Shown here in pieces: positions 31,085-40,199 of a stretch of 64,000 bases of DNA. Every line of letters starts with the position of its first letter. The first letter of the stretch is position 1. Made by a program: the position numbers and the translations under genes. The stretch is from contig CBDUPA010000015.1 of the NCBI GenBank assembly GCA_965368975.1, positions 96,001-160,000 of the forward strand. Reading direction: 5' to 3'. Source of the DNA: an uncultured bacterium. GTDB taxonomy: Bacteria > Acidobacteriota > Thermoanaerobaculia > Multivoradales > JAHZIX01. A model generated the notes under the pieces. That model was given only the letters and a program-made list of their open reading frames with translations. It did not search any database and was not told where the DNA came from.

Positions 31085-32122
31085 ATGAAGAGGATTGTCC
31101 TTCTGTGTGCTGCGGCGCTGATCGTGCTGGCCGGCAGTGCCCAGGCCCAGCGTGACACCATTCGTATCGTGGGTTCGTCCACGGTCTACCCCTTCGCCAC
31201 CAAGGTCGCCGAGAACTTCGGCAAGAAGACGGACTTCCGCACCCCGGTCATCGAGAGCACCGGCTCCGGTGGCGGCCTCAAGCTTTTCTGTGCTGGCGTC
31301 GGCGTCGAGCACCCGGACATCACCAACGCTTCGCGTGCAATCAAGAGTTCGGAGGTCGAGGCCTGCCATACCAATGGCGTCACCGAGATCACTGAGGTCA
31401 AGATAGGCTACGACGGCATCGTGATCGCCAACTCGAAGAAGGCCCCGACCTTCCAGCTGACCCTGCAGCAGGTCTTCCTGGCGCTGGCCCAGCAGGTGCC
31501 CGGCGAGCGCGAAGGCGAGCTGATCGACAACCCCAACAGCACCTGGCGCGACGTCGACCCGAGCCTGCCCAACGTGCGCATCGAGGTCCTCGGCCCGCCG
31601 CCGACCTCCGGTACTCGCGACGCTTTCGTCGAGCTGGCGATGGAGGGCGGTTGCAAGACCTTCCCCTGGATCAAGGGACTCAAGGACTCGGACAAGAACC
31701 GCTACAAGGAAGTCTGCCACTCGATCCGCGAAGACGGGGCCTACGTCGAGGCCGGTGAGAACGACAACCTGATCGTGCAGAAGCTCGAAGCCAACCCGAA
31801 CGCCCTGGGCATCTTCGGCTACAGCTTCCTGGACCAGAACGCCGACAGGCTGCACGGCTCCGTCATCAGTGGTGTCGAGCCCACCTTCGACAACATCGCC
31901 AACGGCTCCTACCCGGTGTCACGCCCGCTGTTCTTCTACGTCAAGAAGGCTCACGCCGGCGTCATTCCCGGCATCGCCGAGTACGTGCGCGAGTTCACCA
32001 GCGAAGCCGCCTGGGGACCGGACGGCTACCTCTCCGAGGCCGGCCTGGTGCCGATGCCCGACGCCGAGCGCCGCCAGCTCGGTGGTCAGGCTCGCGAGCT
32101 GGCCAACAACGTCGGCAACTGA
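31085..32122 (+). CDS. pstS: Phosphate ABC transporter substrate-binding protein
   Basis: Signal peptide, GSSTVYP, STGSGGG, NASR, PTSGTRDAF, YPVSRPLFFY. Confidence 0.95.
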   Translation: MKRIVLLCAAALIVLAGSAQAQRDTIRIVGSSTVYPFATKVAENFGKKTDFRTPVIESTGSGGGLKLFCAGVGVEHPDITNASRAIKSSEVEACHTNGVTEITEVKIGYDGIVIANSKKAPTFQLTLQQVFLALAQQVPGEREGELIDNPNSTWRDVDPSLPNVRIEVLGPPPTSGTRDAFVELAMEGGCKTFPWIKGLKDSDKNRYKEVCHSIREDGAYVEAGENDNLIVQKLEANPNALGIFGYSFLDQNADRLHGSVISGVEPTFDNIANGSYPVSRPLFFYVKKAHAGVIPGIAEYVREFTSEAAWGPDGYLSEAGLVPMPDAERRQLGGQARELANNVGN

Positions 32123-32151
32123 CCGGCTTCGATCGGCACGCGTAAGAACCT

Positions 32152-32196
32152 CGGCGGCCCCTTGAAGCCTCAGGCACACGGGGCCGCCGCTCTCTT
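32152..32196 (+). terminator. Stem-loop between pstS and pstC (partial terminator or mRNA stabiliser)
   Basis: cggcggcccc (32152-32161) pairs with ggggccgccg (32180-32189), followed by ctctctt. Confidence 0.55.
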
Positions 32197-32225
32197 CACA
32201 TCACCCTTCTAGCTGGGCACCGTCG

Positions 32226-33602
32226 ATGCAAATCCTGATTCTCCTCTTCGTGCTGGCCGGCCTGGCGCTCGGCGGCTTCTACCTCGGACGCCGGCGCGCC
32301 GTGTCGCAGGTCGAGCATCCGCGGCAGCTGAACTCGCTTCCCGGGTACTACGGCTCCTACGTCCTGATGTGGTGCGCGCTGCCGGCCTTCGTCCTGCTCG
32401 CCGGCTGGGTCGCCCTGGAGCCGATGATCCTCGACCAGATGGTCCTCGCCAACCTCCCCGAGACCGTGCGCCAGCAACAGCCCGATCGGCTGAACCTCTT
32501 CCTCAACGACGTCAAGAACACGGTCAGCGGCAATATCGTCAGCAACCGGACGCCGGAAGTAGAAGCGGCCGCCGCCCACCTGACCCAGCTGCGCGGCATC
32601 GGCTTCGCCGCCCAGCTCACCCTGGTGCTCGGCCTGGCGCTCGCCGGCCTGTACTTCGCGTACCGCCGGGTGACACCAAAGCTGCGTGCCATGGTGCGCG
32701 TCGAGAGCGCGTTCAAGATCCTCTTGATGATCGGCTCGACAATCGCCATCTTCACCACCGTCGGCATCGTCGCTTCGCTGCTCTTCGAGGCCATCCGCTT
32801 TTTCCGCCTGGTGCCGCCCACCGAATTCCTGTTCGGCACCGAGTGGAGCCCGCAGACGGCCCTGCGCAGCGACCAGGTCGGTAGCTCCGGTGCCTTCGGT
32901 GCCATCCCGCTGTTCACGGGCACCCTGCTGGTCAGCAGCATCGCCATGGCGGTCGCCGTACCCGTGGGCCTGCTGAGCGCCATCTTCATGGCCGAGTACG
33001 CGAAACCACGGGTGCGCACCCTGGCCAAACCCCTGCTCGAGATCCTCGCCGGCATCCCGACCGTCGTCTATGGCTTCTTCGCCGCCCTCACCGTCGCACC
33101 GGCGCTGCGTGGCTTCGGCGAAACCTTGGGCTTGACTGTCGCCTCCGAGAGCGCCCTGGCCGCCGGCGGCGTCATGGGAATCATGATCATCCCCTTCGTC
33201 TCGTCGCTCTCAGACGACGTCATCACCGCCGTGCCACGGGGTCTGCGCGAAGCCTCCTACGGCCTCGGCGCGACCCAGAGCGAAACCATCCGCCACGTCA
33301 TCTTCCCGGCTGCGCTGCCGGGTATCGTCGGCGGCATCCTGCTGGCGGTGTCGCGCGCCATCGGCGAGACCATGATCGTGGTGATGGCCGCCGGCCTGGC
33401 CGCCAACCTGACCGCCAACCCGCTCGAAGCCGTGACCACCGTCACCGTCCAGATCGTCACTCTGCTGGTGGGCGACCAGGAGTTCGACAGCGCCAAGACG
33501 CTGTCCGCCTTCGCCCTCGGTCTGGTGCTGTTCTTCGTCACCCTCGTCCTCAACATCATCGCGCTGCACGTGGTGCGCAAGTACCGGGAACAGTATGACT
33601 GA
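32226..33602 (+). CDS. pstC: Phosphate ABC transporter permease
   Basis: LEILAGIPTVVYG, REASYGLGAT, SRAIGETM. Confidence 0.94.
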   Translation: MQILILLFVLAGLALGGFYLGRRRAVSQVEHPRQLNSLPGYYGSYVLMWCALPAFVLLAGWVALEPMILDQMVLANLPETVRQQQPDRLNLFLNDVKNTVSGNIVSNRTPEVEAAAAHLTQLRGIGFAAQLTLVLGLALAGLYFAYRRVTPKLRAMVRVESAFKILLMIGSTIAIFTTVGIVASLLFEAIRFFRLVPPTEFLFGTEWSPQTALRSDQVGSSGAFGAIPLFTGTLLVSSIAMAVAVPVGLLSAIFMAEYAKPRVRTLAKPLLEILAGIPTVVYGFFAALTVAPALRGFGETLGLTVASESALAAGGVMGIMIIPFVSSLSDDVITAVPRGLREASYGLGATQSETIRHVIFPAALPGIVGGILLAVSRAIGETMIVVMAAGLAANLTANPLEAVTTVTVQIVTLLVGDQEFDSAKTLSAFALGLVLFFVTLVLNIIALHVVRKYREQYD

Positions 33603-34923
33603 GCACGCCCCCTCCTCGCTGAGCCCCCCTTCCTCCCTGAGCACGCCTTCCTCGCTGAGCACTGGCGCGGTCCAGAAACGTCTGGGCCAGCGCTACCGTG
33701 CCGAGAAGCGCTTCCGGCTAGCCTGCGTCTCGGCCGTCGTCTTCGCCCTCTCCTTCCTGCTCCTGCTGTTCGGCAGCATCATCTCCAAGGGTTGGACGGC
33801 GTTCCTGCAGACCCACGTGCAGGTCGAGATCTTCTTCGACCCCGACGTCATCGACCCCTACGGCGAGCGCGAACAGCAGACTCTGTCCGAAGCCAACTAC
33901 GCCACGCTGGTACGCAACAGCCTCGCCGCACGCTTCGAGGTCAGCGGCCGCAGTGGACGGCGCGCCGTCTCGGCGCTGGTGAGCAGCAACTCGACCTACA
34001 AGCTGCGCGACATGGTGCTCGCCGACCCGTCGCTCCTCGGCCAAACCCGCGATATGTGGTTCCTCGCCTCGACCGACGTCGACATGCTGACCAAGGGTCA
34101 CATGGACCGCGAGCTGCCCGAAGACGAGCGCCGTCTCACCGACCAGCAGATCACGTGGGTCGACACGCTCGAGGGTGAAGGCCGGCTCGAGAAGCGCTTC
34201 AACACCGGCTTCTTCGCCCGCGCCGACTCGCGCGAACCCGAGCAGGCCGGCATCCGCGGCGCCATCGTCGGCTCCTTCTTCACCATGTTGGTGACCCTGC
34301 TGATCAGCTTCCCGCTGGCCGTCGCCACCGCCGTCTACCTGGAAGAATTCGCTCCGCGCAACCGCTGGACCGACCTGATCGAAGTCAACATCAACAACCT
34401 GGCGGCGGTACCGTCGATCGTCTTCGGTCTTCTCGGTCTGGCGGTCTTCCTCAATGTCATGCACCTGCCGCGCTCGGCGCCGCTGGTCGGTGGCCTGGTG
34501 CTCAGCCTGATGACCCTGCCGACCATCATCATCGCCGCCCGTGCCGCGCTCAAGGCCGTGCCACCCTCGATTCGCGAAGCCGCCTACGGCCTCGGTGCCT
34601 CGCCGATGCAGGTCATGGTCCACCACGTGCTGCCCCTGGCCATGCCCGGGATCCTCACCGGCACCATCATCGGCATGGCCCAGGCCCTCGGCGAGACCGC
34701 CCCGCTGCTGATGATCGGCATGGTCGCCTTCGTCGTCGACGTCCCCGGCACGATCCTCGAAGCGTCCACCGTCCTGCCCGTGCAGGTCTACCTGTGGGCC
34801 GACCTGCCTGAGCGCGGCTTCGTCGAGCGCACCTCCGCCGCCATCATGGTGCTGCTAGGCTTCCTGATCCTGATGAACGCGCTTGCGGTCGTCGTGAGGC
34901 GCAAGACCGAACGGCGCTGGTAA
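33595..34923 (+). CDS. pstA: Phosphate ABC transporter permease
   Basis: INNLAAVPSIVFG, REAAYGLGAS, AQALGETAPL. Confidence 0.94.
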   Translation: MTEHAPSSLSPPSSLSTPSSLSTGAVQKRLGQRYRAEKRFRLACVSAVVFALSFLLLLFGSIISKGWTAFLQTHVQVEIFFDPDVIDPYGEREQQTLSEANYATLVRNSLAARFEVSGRSGRRAVSALVSSNSTYKLRDMVLADPSLLGQTRDMWFLASTDVDMLTKGHMDRELPEDERRLTDQQITWVDTLEGEGRLEKRFNTGFFARADSREPEQAGIRGAIVGSFFTMLVTLLISFPLAVATAVYLEEFAPRNRWTDLIEVNINNLAAVPSIVFGLLGLAVFLNVMHLPRSAPLVGGLVLSLMTLPTIIIAARAALKAVPPSIREAAYGLGASPMQVMVHHVLPLAMPGILTGTIIGMAQALGETAPLLMIGMVAFVVDVPGTILEASTVLPVQVYLWADLPERGFVERTSAAIMVLLGFLILMNALAVVVRRKTERRW

Positions 34924-34970
34924 GAACTAGCTGGCAACTCCTTCCCAAACTCCAAAGGAACCACGCTCCC

Positions 34971-35471
34971 ATGGCCGACGAGACGCCCTTCAAGATCCTC
35001 TTCCTGTGCACCGGCAACTCCGCGCGCTCCATTCTCGGCGAGTACCTCCTGCGACGCCTGGCCCCGCGCCAGTTCGAGACCTTCAGCGCCGGCTCCAACC
35101 CCACCGGCAAGGTCAATCCCTACGCGGTGCGCGTGCTCCAAGAGCTGTACGAGATCGACGCCTCCGATGCCTCCAGCAAGTCCTGGGAGCAGTTCAAGGA
35201 CGCCGGCCTGGACTTCGTCATCACCGTCTGCGACCACGCGAGCGAGACCTGCCCGATCTTCCCCGGCCAGCCGATCGTCGCCCACTGGGGCATGCCCGAT
35301 CCGGCAGCTGTGACGGGCTCGGACGAAGAGATCTTCCGCGCCTTCAAACAGACCGCCAGCGAGCTCTACCGCCGGCTCGACCTCTTCTGCAACCTGCCCC
35401 TCTCGAAGCTACACCGTAAGCTCGACCGTCTGCGCCTCGAGCAGCTGACGCAAGAGATCAGCAGCAAGTAG
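34971..35471 (+). CDS. arsC: Thioredoxin-coupled arsenate reductase (LMW-PTP fold)
   Basis: LCTGNSARS P-loop, TVCDHASETCP resolving cysteines, HWGMPDP. Confidence 0.88.
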   Translation: MADETPFKILFLCTGNSARSILGEYLLRRLAPRQFETFSAGSNPTGKVNPYAVRVLQELYEIDASDASSKSWEQFKDAGLDFVITVCDHASETCPIFPGQPIVAHWGMPDPAAVTGSDEEIFRAFKQTASELYRRLDLFCNLPLSKLHRKLDRLRLEQLTQEISSK

Positions 35472-35498
35472 AGGTCCCGCTCCTCCCTTTCCAGCCTC

Positions 35499-36140
35499 TC
35501 ATCCCCCCGCCTCTTCGCCCCAAATCTCGCGCAGCCGCGCATCCCGCCCGCAACCCTGGCGGTAGCGCTTGTAGTGCTCCGGCTTCTTCTTGTAGAAGTC
35601 CTGGTGGTACTCCTCCGCCGGATAGAAGGTCGACGCCGGCTCGATCTCGGTCACCACGCGATCGACGATGCCGGCGTCCAAGATCGCCTGCCGGGTCGAC
35701 TCGGCGAGGCGCTTCTCGTCCTCGTCGCCGTAGTAGATCGCCGTCCGATACTGGCTGCCTCGATCGCAGAACTGGCGGTTGGTGACCGTCGGGTCGATGT
35801 TGCGCCAGAAAACGTGGAGCAACCGCTCATAGCTGATCTTGGACGGATCGTAGACGATCTCGATCGCCTCCGCGTGACTGGTGCGGCCATACGAGACTTG
35901 CTCGTACGTCGGGTCCTTTTCGCTGCCGCCGGTGTAACCCGACGTCGTCGAGAGAACACCATCGAGCTTGTCGAAAGGCGGTTCCATGCACCAGAAGCAG
36001 CCACCGGCGAAGATAGCGCGCGCGGTGCCGTCCGGAATCAAAGCCTCGTCAGCGGTCGTGACCGACGGCCGGAGGGTCAACATCAGCACCGCGAGCAGCG
36101 TCACGGACGCGAGGACGAGAACGAAACCAGCTTTGCGCAT
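35499..36140 (-). CDS. msrA: Peptide-methionine (S)-S-oxide reductase, exported
   Basis: FAGGCFWCME, SGYTGG, AEEYHQDFY; N-terminal signal peptide. Confidence 0.94.
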   Translation of the reverse strand: MRKAGFVLVLASVTLLAVLMLTLRPSVTTADEALIPDGTARAIFAGGCFWCMEPPFDKLDGVLSTTSGYTGGSEKDPTYEQVSYGRTSHAEAIEIVYDPSKISYERLLHVFWRNIDPTVTNRQFCDRGSQYRTAIYYGDEDEKRLAESTRQAILDAGIVDRVVTEIEPASTFYPAEEYHQDFYKKKPEHYKRYRQGCGRDARLREIWGEEAGG

Positions 36141-36264
36141 CGAGAGTCTCCCAACTTGGACAGGAACAGCGAGTGACAAGGGGCGAAGCAACGCGCCCTA
36201 TACTGGACGCCTACTCAGGCTTACGAATAGCAACTCCTTTTGGATGACCCGCGAGGAAACCACC

Positions 36265-36825
36265 ATGACGCGTACCTGGCCACTCCTGCTCCTTCTGCTA
36301 CCCATGATCACTCCGCCCTCGCTCACCGCTCAAGAGCCCCCCGTCGAAGAGAATCCCGCCGAGCGCACCATCCACGTCCCCCGAGGCTGGGAAGGTGCCT
36401 ACAAGTTCGGCTACGCACCGGTGATCCGCGTCGGCGAAACGGTGATCCTCTCCGGCGTCGCGGCCGGTGGCGAGGGTACCTACGAAGAACGCCTACGTGG
36501 CATGTACCAACGTGCGCAGGAGTTGCTGGAGGCCGCGGGTGCCACGTTGGAAGATGTCGTTGAACTGACCAGCTTCCATTCCGTGCCCAAGAACCCGGAC
36601 GAGTTCCACGCCGAGTTCGATCGTTTCATGCCCGTCCACAAAGAGTTCTTCCCTGAGCACCCCCCCGCCTGGTCGGCCGTCGGCGTCACTACGCTGTTGT
36701 CGCGCACGGCGGTGGTCGAGGTGCGGTTCGTGGCGGTGATTGGGTCGGGGGAGAACAGCAAGGTCGAGTTCGAGGCGCCACCGGAGGACCCGGAGAGCGA
36801 AGAAGCTGAAGGCGCAGGCCAGTAG
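36265..36825 (+). CDS. Rid/YjgF-family protein with signal peptide
   Basis: GYAPVIRVGETVILSG, LEAAGATLEDVV, PPAWSAVGV, VVEV; leader MTRTWPLLLLLL..LTA. Confidence 0.75.
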   Translation: MTRTWPLLLLLLPMITPPSLTAQEPPVEENPAERTIHVPRGWEGAYKFGYAPVIRVGETVILSGVAAGGEGTYEERLRGMYQRAQELLEAAGATLEDVVELTSFHSVPKNPDEFHAEFDRFMPVHKEFFPEHPPAWSAVGVTTLLSRTAVVEVRFVAVIGSGENSKVEFEAPPEDPESEEAEGAGQ

Positions 36826-36889
36826 CAATACGCCACTTGGCATTGATCGCGATGCCATTTGGCGCTATCCTGAGGTCAGGAGGTTCGAA

Positions 36890-37318
36890 ATGGCTACGCT
36901 GCCTATCGTCCAGACTCTGGGAGGCACCCAACTCATCGGTCCGATCTCGGATGCAGTCGACATGGCTCGACGCGTCCGAAGCGGCTTGCCTTGGGCCTGT
37001 CTCGAGTTCGTCAGTTCCACGCTGCACCTCAAGCAGGTCGACTTCGCGAACCTCTTGCACATCACTCCCAGGACGCTCAGCCGGCGCAAAGTCGAAGGCA
37101 AGCTAGAGGCGACCGAATCCGACCGCCTCTTCCGAGTCGCACGCGTGCTGGCTCACGCGGAGGATGTCTTCAACTCGCCGGACAAGGCCCGTGACTGGCT
37201 CGCCTCCGAGAACCGGGCCCTGGCCGGTCAAAGACCCCTGCAGTTGCTCGATACCGATGCCGGAACGCAAGAAGTCGAGAACGTCCTCGGTCGAATCGAG
37301 CACGGCATCTTCGGCTGA
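36890..37318 (+). CDS. Xre/MbcA/ParS-type antitoxin
   Basis: HTH (ITPRTLSRRK), ESDRLFR, ARDWL..ENRAL..RPLQLLDT, RIEHGIF; AGGAGG RBS. Confidence 0.9.
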   Translation: MATLPIVQTLGGTQLIGPISDAVDMARRVRSGLPWACLEFVSSTLHLKQVDFANLLHITPRTLSRRKVEGKLEATESDRLFRVARVLAHAEDVFNSPDKARDWLASENRALAGQRPLQLLDTDAGTQEVENVLGRIEHGIFG

Positions 37319-37812
37319 TGCGTGTGTATCGGCTGTGCAAAGCGCGCTGGGCTGCAACGGCTTTCTCCGGCGAGGGCAGCATGCGCTACGACGGCCGCTG
37401 GCACTTCGCGGGTGTGCCGATGGTCTACACCGCCTCCAGCCAGGCGCTAGCCGCCTTGGAAATCTTGGTCCACATGGAGATCCGTCATGCACCCACGGAC
37501 TTCGTGGTGATCCGGGCCGAGTTGCCTGCCAAGTTCGCCAAGCCGCTCAAGAGGCTTCCCAAGAATTGGGACCGTCTTCCACCAACGGAGGTCTCACAAC
37601 AGGTCGGCACAGACTGGCTCAAGTCTGGTACTTCTCTCGGTCTGCGGGTACCCTCCGTTGTTATCCCAAGTGAGACGAATATCCTGCTCAACCCACTGCA
37701 CCCCGACTTCCCGAGGATCAAGCTTCATGATCCACAGCCGTTCTCGTTCGATCCTCGGCTCTTGGAACGGCCCGCGCCCACAATGGACGCAGGAAAGCCT
37801 TCGCGTCGATGA
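37318..37812 (+). CDS. RES-domain toxin (NAD+-degrading family)
   Basis: VYRL, FSGEGS..YDGRWH, YTASSQALAALE, VPSVV, NILLNPLHPDF; TGATG overlap with the antitoxin. Confidence 0.9.
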   Translation: MRVYRLCKARWAATAFSGEGSMRYDGRWHFAGVPMVYTASSQALAALEILVHMEIRHAPTDFVVIRAELPAKFAKPLKRLPKNWDRLPPTEVSQQVGTDWLKSGTSLGLRVPSVVIPSETNILLNPLHPDFPRIKLHDPQPFSFDPRLLERPAPTMDAGKPSRR

Positions 37813-37960
37813 ATTCGGCGGTCCTGACATCCTGCGCTACGAAGACGTCCCGGCTCCCACCCCCTCCACCGGCGAAGTCCTCGTCGGCGTCCACGCCGCC
37901 GGCCTCGTCGAGGCGGTGGGAGACGGCGTGCTGGGTGTGTCGACGGGCGGTCGCGTCTAT
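37791..37960 (+). pseudogene. Remnant of NADPH:quinone oxidoreductase (MDR/zeta-crystallin family)
   Basis: RVDEFGGPDILRYEDVPAPTPSTGEVLVGVHAAG|LVEAVGDGV...GRVY; start degraded, internal deletion, truncated. Confidence 0.75.
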
Positions 37961-38148
37961 CCGCCAGGGGCGGCCGCACGGAGCCGCCGGCAACCGGGGG
38001 CCGGAAACGGAACCGGATCTCCGTTGCAGGAGGAACTCCCCACCCCACCCAGGTATTGCCTCGACTGCCAAAGTGTTCTAGAACTACCTTCATACGCAAT
38101 AGCCACCCCACCGCCCACCTCGACGAAGGCGGTCCGCGAGGAGACGAG

Positions 38149-39525
38149 ATGCTCGAAGACCTGACCCGCTACACCCGCGTGCTCGAAATCATCGGCGACA
38201 TGATCCGGGTGCAGGCCAAGGACGTGCCGGTGAAGACGCTGGCGGTGGTGCAGAACGTAGACGGTGAGGTATCACTGGCACGCGTGATCGAACTCGACGG
38301 CGACATGGTGAGCCTGCAGGTCTTCGCGGGCGGCAAGGGGCTGTCGACGGAGGCGCGGGTGCGCTTCCTGGGCGAGCCGCTGCAGGTGACGTACTCACCC
38401 AACATCCTGGGACGCATCTTCCGCGGCTCGGGCGAGGCGATCGACGGCGGACCGGATCTCTCGGCAGACCCAAAGATCGACGTCGCGGGACCGACCGTCA
38501 ACCCGATGATGCGCGTGATGCCGGCGAAGATGATCGAGACCAAGGTACCGATGATCGACGTCTTCAACTGCCTGGTGGAGAGCCAGAAGATCCCGATCTT
38601 CTCCGTCGCCGGTGAGCCCTACAACGAGTTGCTGGCGCGCATTGGCTTCCAGGCGGATGCGGATGTCGTCGTCTTCGGTGGTCTGGGCCTGATCTTCGAC
38701 GACTACCACTTCTTCCGTACCGCCTTCGAAGAGCACGGCGTGTTCCACCGCACGGTCATGTTCGTCAACCTGGCATCGGACCCAATCGTCGAGCGCTTGA
38801 TGGTTCCGGACCTCGCGCTGGCGGTGGCCGAGAAGTACGCGGTGGAAGAGGGCAAGCGGGTGCTGGTGCTGCTCACCGACATGACCGCCTACGCCGATGC
38901 GATGAAAGAGATCGGTGTGTCACTCGAACACATCCCGGCAACACGCGGCTACATGGGCGACCTCTACACGCAGCTGGCGTCGCGCTACGAGAAAGCGTGT
39001 GACTTCAAGGGCGCCGGCTCGGTGACCATCCTGACCGTCACCACCATGCCGGGCAACGACGTCACCCACCCGGTGCCGGACAACACCGGCTACATCACCG
39101 AGGGGCAGTTCTACCTCCAGGATCGCATGATCAACCCCTTCGGCTCGCTGTCGCGCCTGAAGCAGCACGTGATCGGCTCCGTCACGCGCGAGGATCACTC
39201 GCAGGTGATGAACACCATGATCCGGCTCTATGCCGGCGGCGTCGAAGCCGAGAAGAAGCAGGCGATGGCCTTCGACCTCTCTGCCTTCGACGACAAGCTG
39301 CTGCGCTTCTCGGACCTGTTCCGCGAGCGCTTCATGGACATCGAGGTGTCGCTGCCGCTCAACGACGCGCTCGACCTGTGCTGGCAGACGCTGGCGGAGT
39401 GCTTCGAGCCACAGGAGTTGCTGATGAAGCAGCACCTGATCGACAAGTTCTTCCCCAACCGCGATGCATCGAACCGCGACGATGACGCCAGCGGTGAGGT
39501 CACGGCCGCAGAGGACGCCGCCTGA
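38149..39525 (+). CDS. V/A-type ATP synthase subunit B
   Basis: VESQKIPIFS, LLTDMTAYADA, RGYMGDLYTQLASRYEKA, HPVPDNTGYITEGQ. Confidence 0.95.
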   Translation: MLEDLTRYTRVLEIIGDMIRVQAKDVPVKTLAVVQNVDGEVSLARVIELDGDMVSLQVFAGGKGLSTEARVRFLGEPLQVTYSPNILGRIFRGSGEAIDGGPDLSADPKIDVAGPTVNPMMRVMPAKMIETKVPMIDVFNCLVESQKIPIFSVAGEPYNELLARIGFQADADVVVFGGLGLIFDDYHFFRTAFEEHGVFHRTVMFVNLASDPIVERLMVPDLALAVAEKYAVEEGKRVLVLLTDMTAYADAMKEIGVSLEHIPATRGYMGDLYTQLASRYEKACDFKGAGSVTILTVTTMPGNDVTHPVPDNTGYITEGQFYLQDRMINPFGSLSRLKQHVIGSVTREDHSQVMNTMIRLYAGGVEAEKKQAMAFDLSAFDDKLLRFSDLFRERFMDIEVSLPLNDALDLCWQTLAECFEPQELLMKQHLIDKFFPNRDASNRDDDASGEVTAAEDAA

Positions 39526-40199
39526 TGGCCAAGCTGGCGCTCAACAAGAGTACGCTGCACAAGCGGCGCGAGCAGCTGAAGCTGTATCGCCGCGTGCTGC
39601 CGTCGCTCGACCTGAAGCGCCAGCAATTGACCGCCGAGTTGAACCGCATGAAGGCCGAAGAAGAAACCCTGCGCAAAGAGTTCGACGCCACCCTCTTCGA
39701 CGCCGGCGAACGCCTGCCGATGCTGGCGGACACGACGATGGACCTGCAAGGACTGCTGAAGGTCGAGGCGGTGGAATTGAGCGAGGAGAACCTGCTCGGC
39801 GTCAAGCTGCCACGGCTCGACCGGCTGCAGACGCGGGTACGGGATTACTCGCTGCTGGCCAAGCCGCATTGGGTCGACGTGGTGGTCGACCGCATGCGCC
39901 AGGCAGCGGAGTTGCAGCTGCGGTTGGAAGTGGCGGCCGAGCGGGTGCGGCGCACGGACCACGCGGTGCGGCGACTGACCCAGCGGGTCAACCTGTTCGA
40001 CAAGGTGCTGATCCCCCAGGCCCAGGACGACATCCAGCGCATCCGCATCTTCCTCGGCGACCTCGAGCGCGCCGCGGTCGTGCGCTCCAAGCTGGCCAAG
40101 AGCAAGTACCACAAGATGACAGCCCAACGGCAGGTCCAGCGCCAAGGCCACGAGCCGGGACGCGGAGACGGCGCCGAAGCGGCGGGGGGTGCGGCATGA
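39525..40199 (+). CDS. V/A-type ATP synthase subunit D
   Basis: LPSLDLKRQQL, TQRVNLFDKVLIP. Confidence 0.93.
   Translation: MAKLALNKSTLHKRREQLKLYRRVLPSLDLKRQQLTAELNRMKAEEETLRKEFDATLFDAGERLPMLADTTMDLQGLLKVEAVELSEENLLGVKLPRLDRLQTRVRDYSLLAKPHWVDVVVDRMRQAAELQLRLEVAAERVRRTDHAVRRLTQRVNLFDKVLIPQAQDDIQRIRIFLGDLERAAVVRSKLAKSKYHKMTAQRQVQRQGHEPGRGDGAEAAGGAA

Noticed and set aside
39464-40195. Apparent 839-aa subunit I with a long N-terminal extension
   Set aside because: The extension is an alternative frame over subunit D; the real start is the ATG at 40196 overlapping the D stop.
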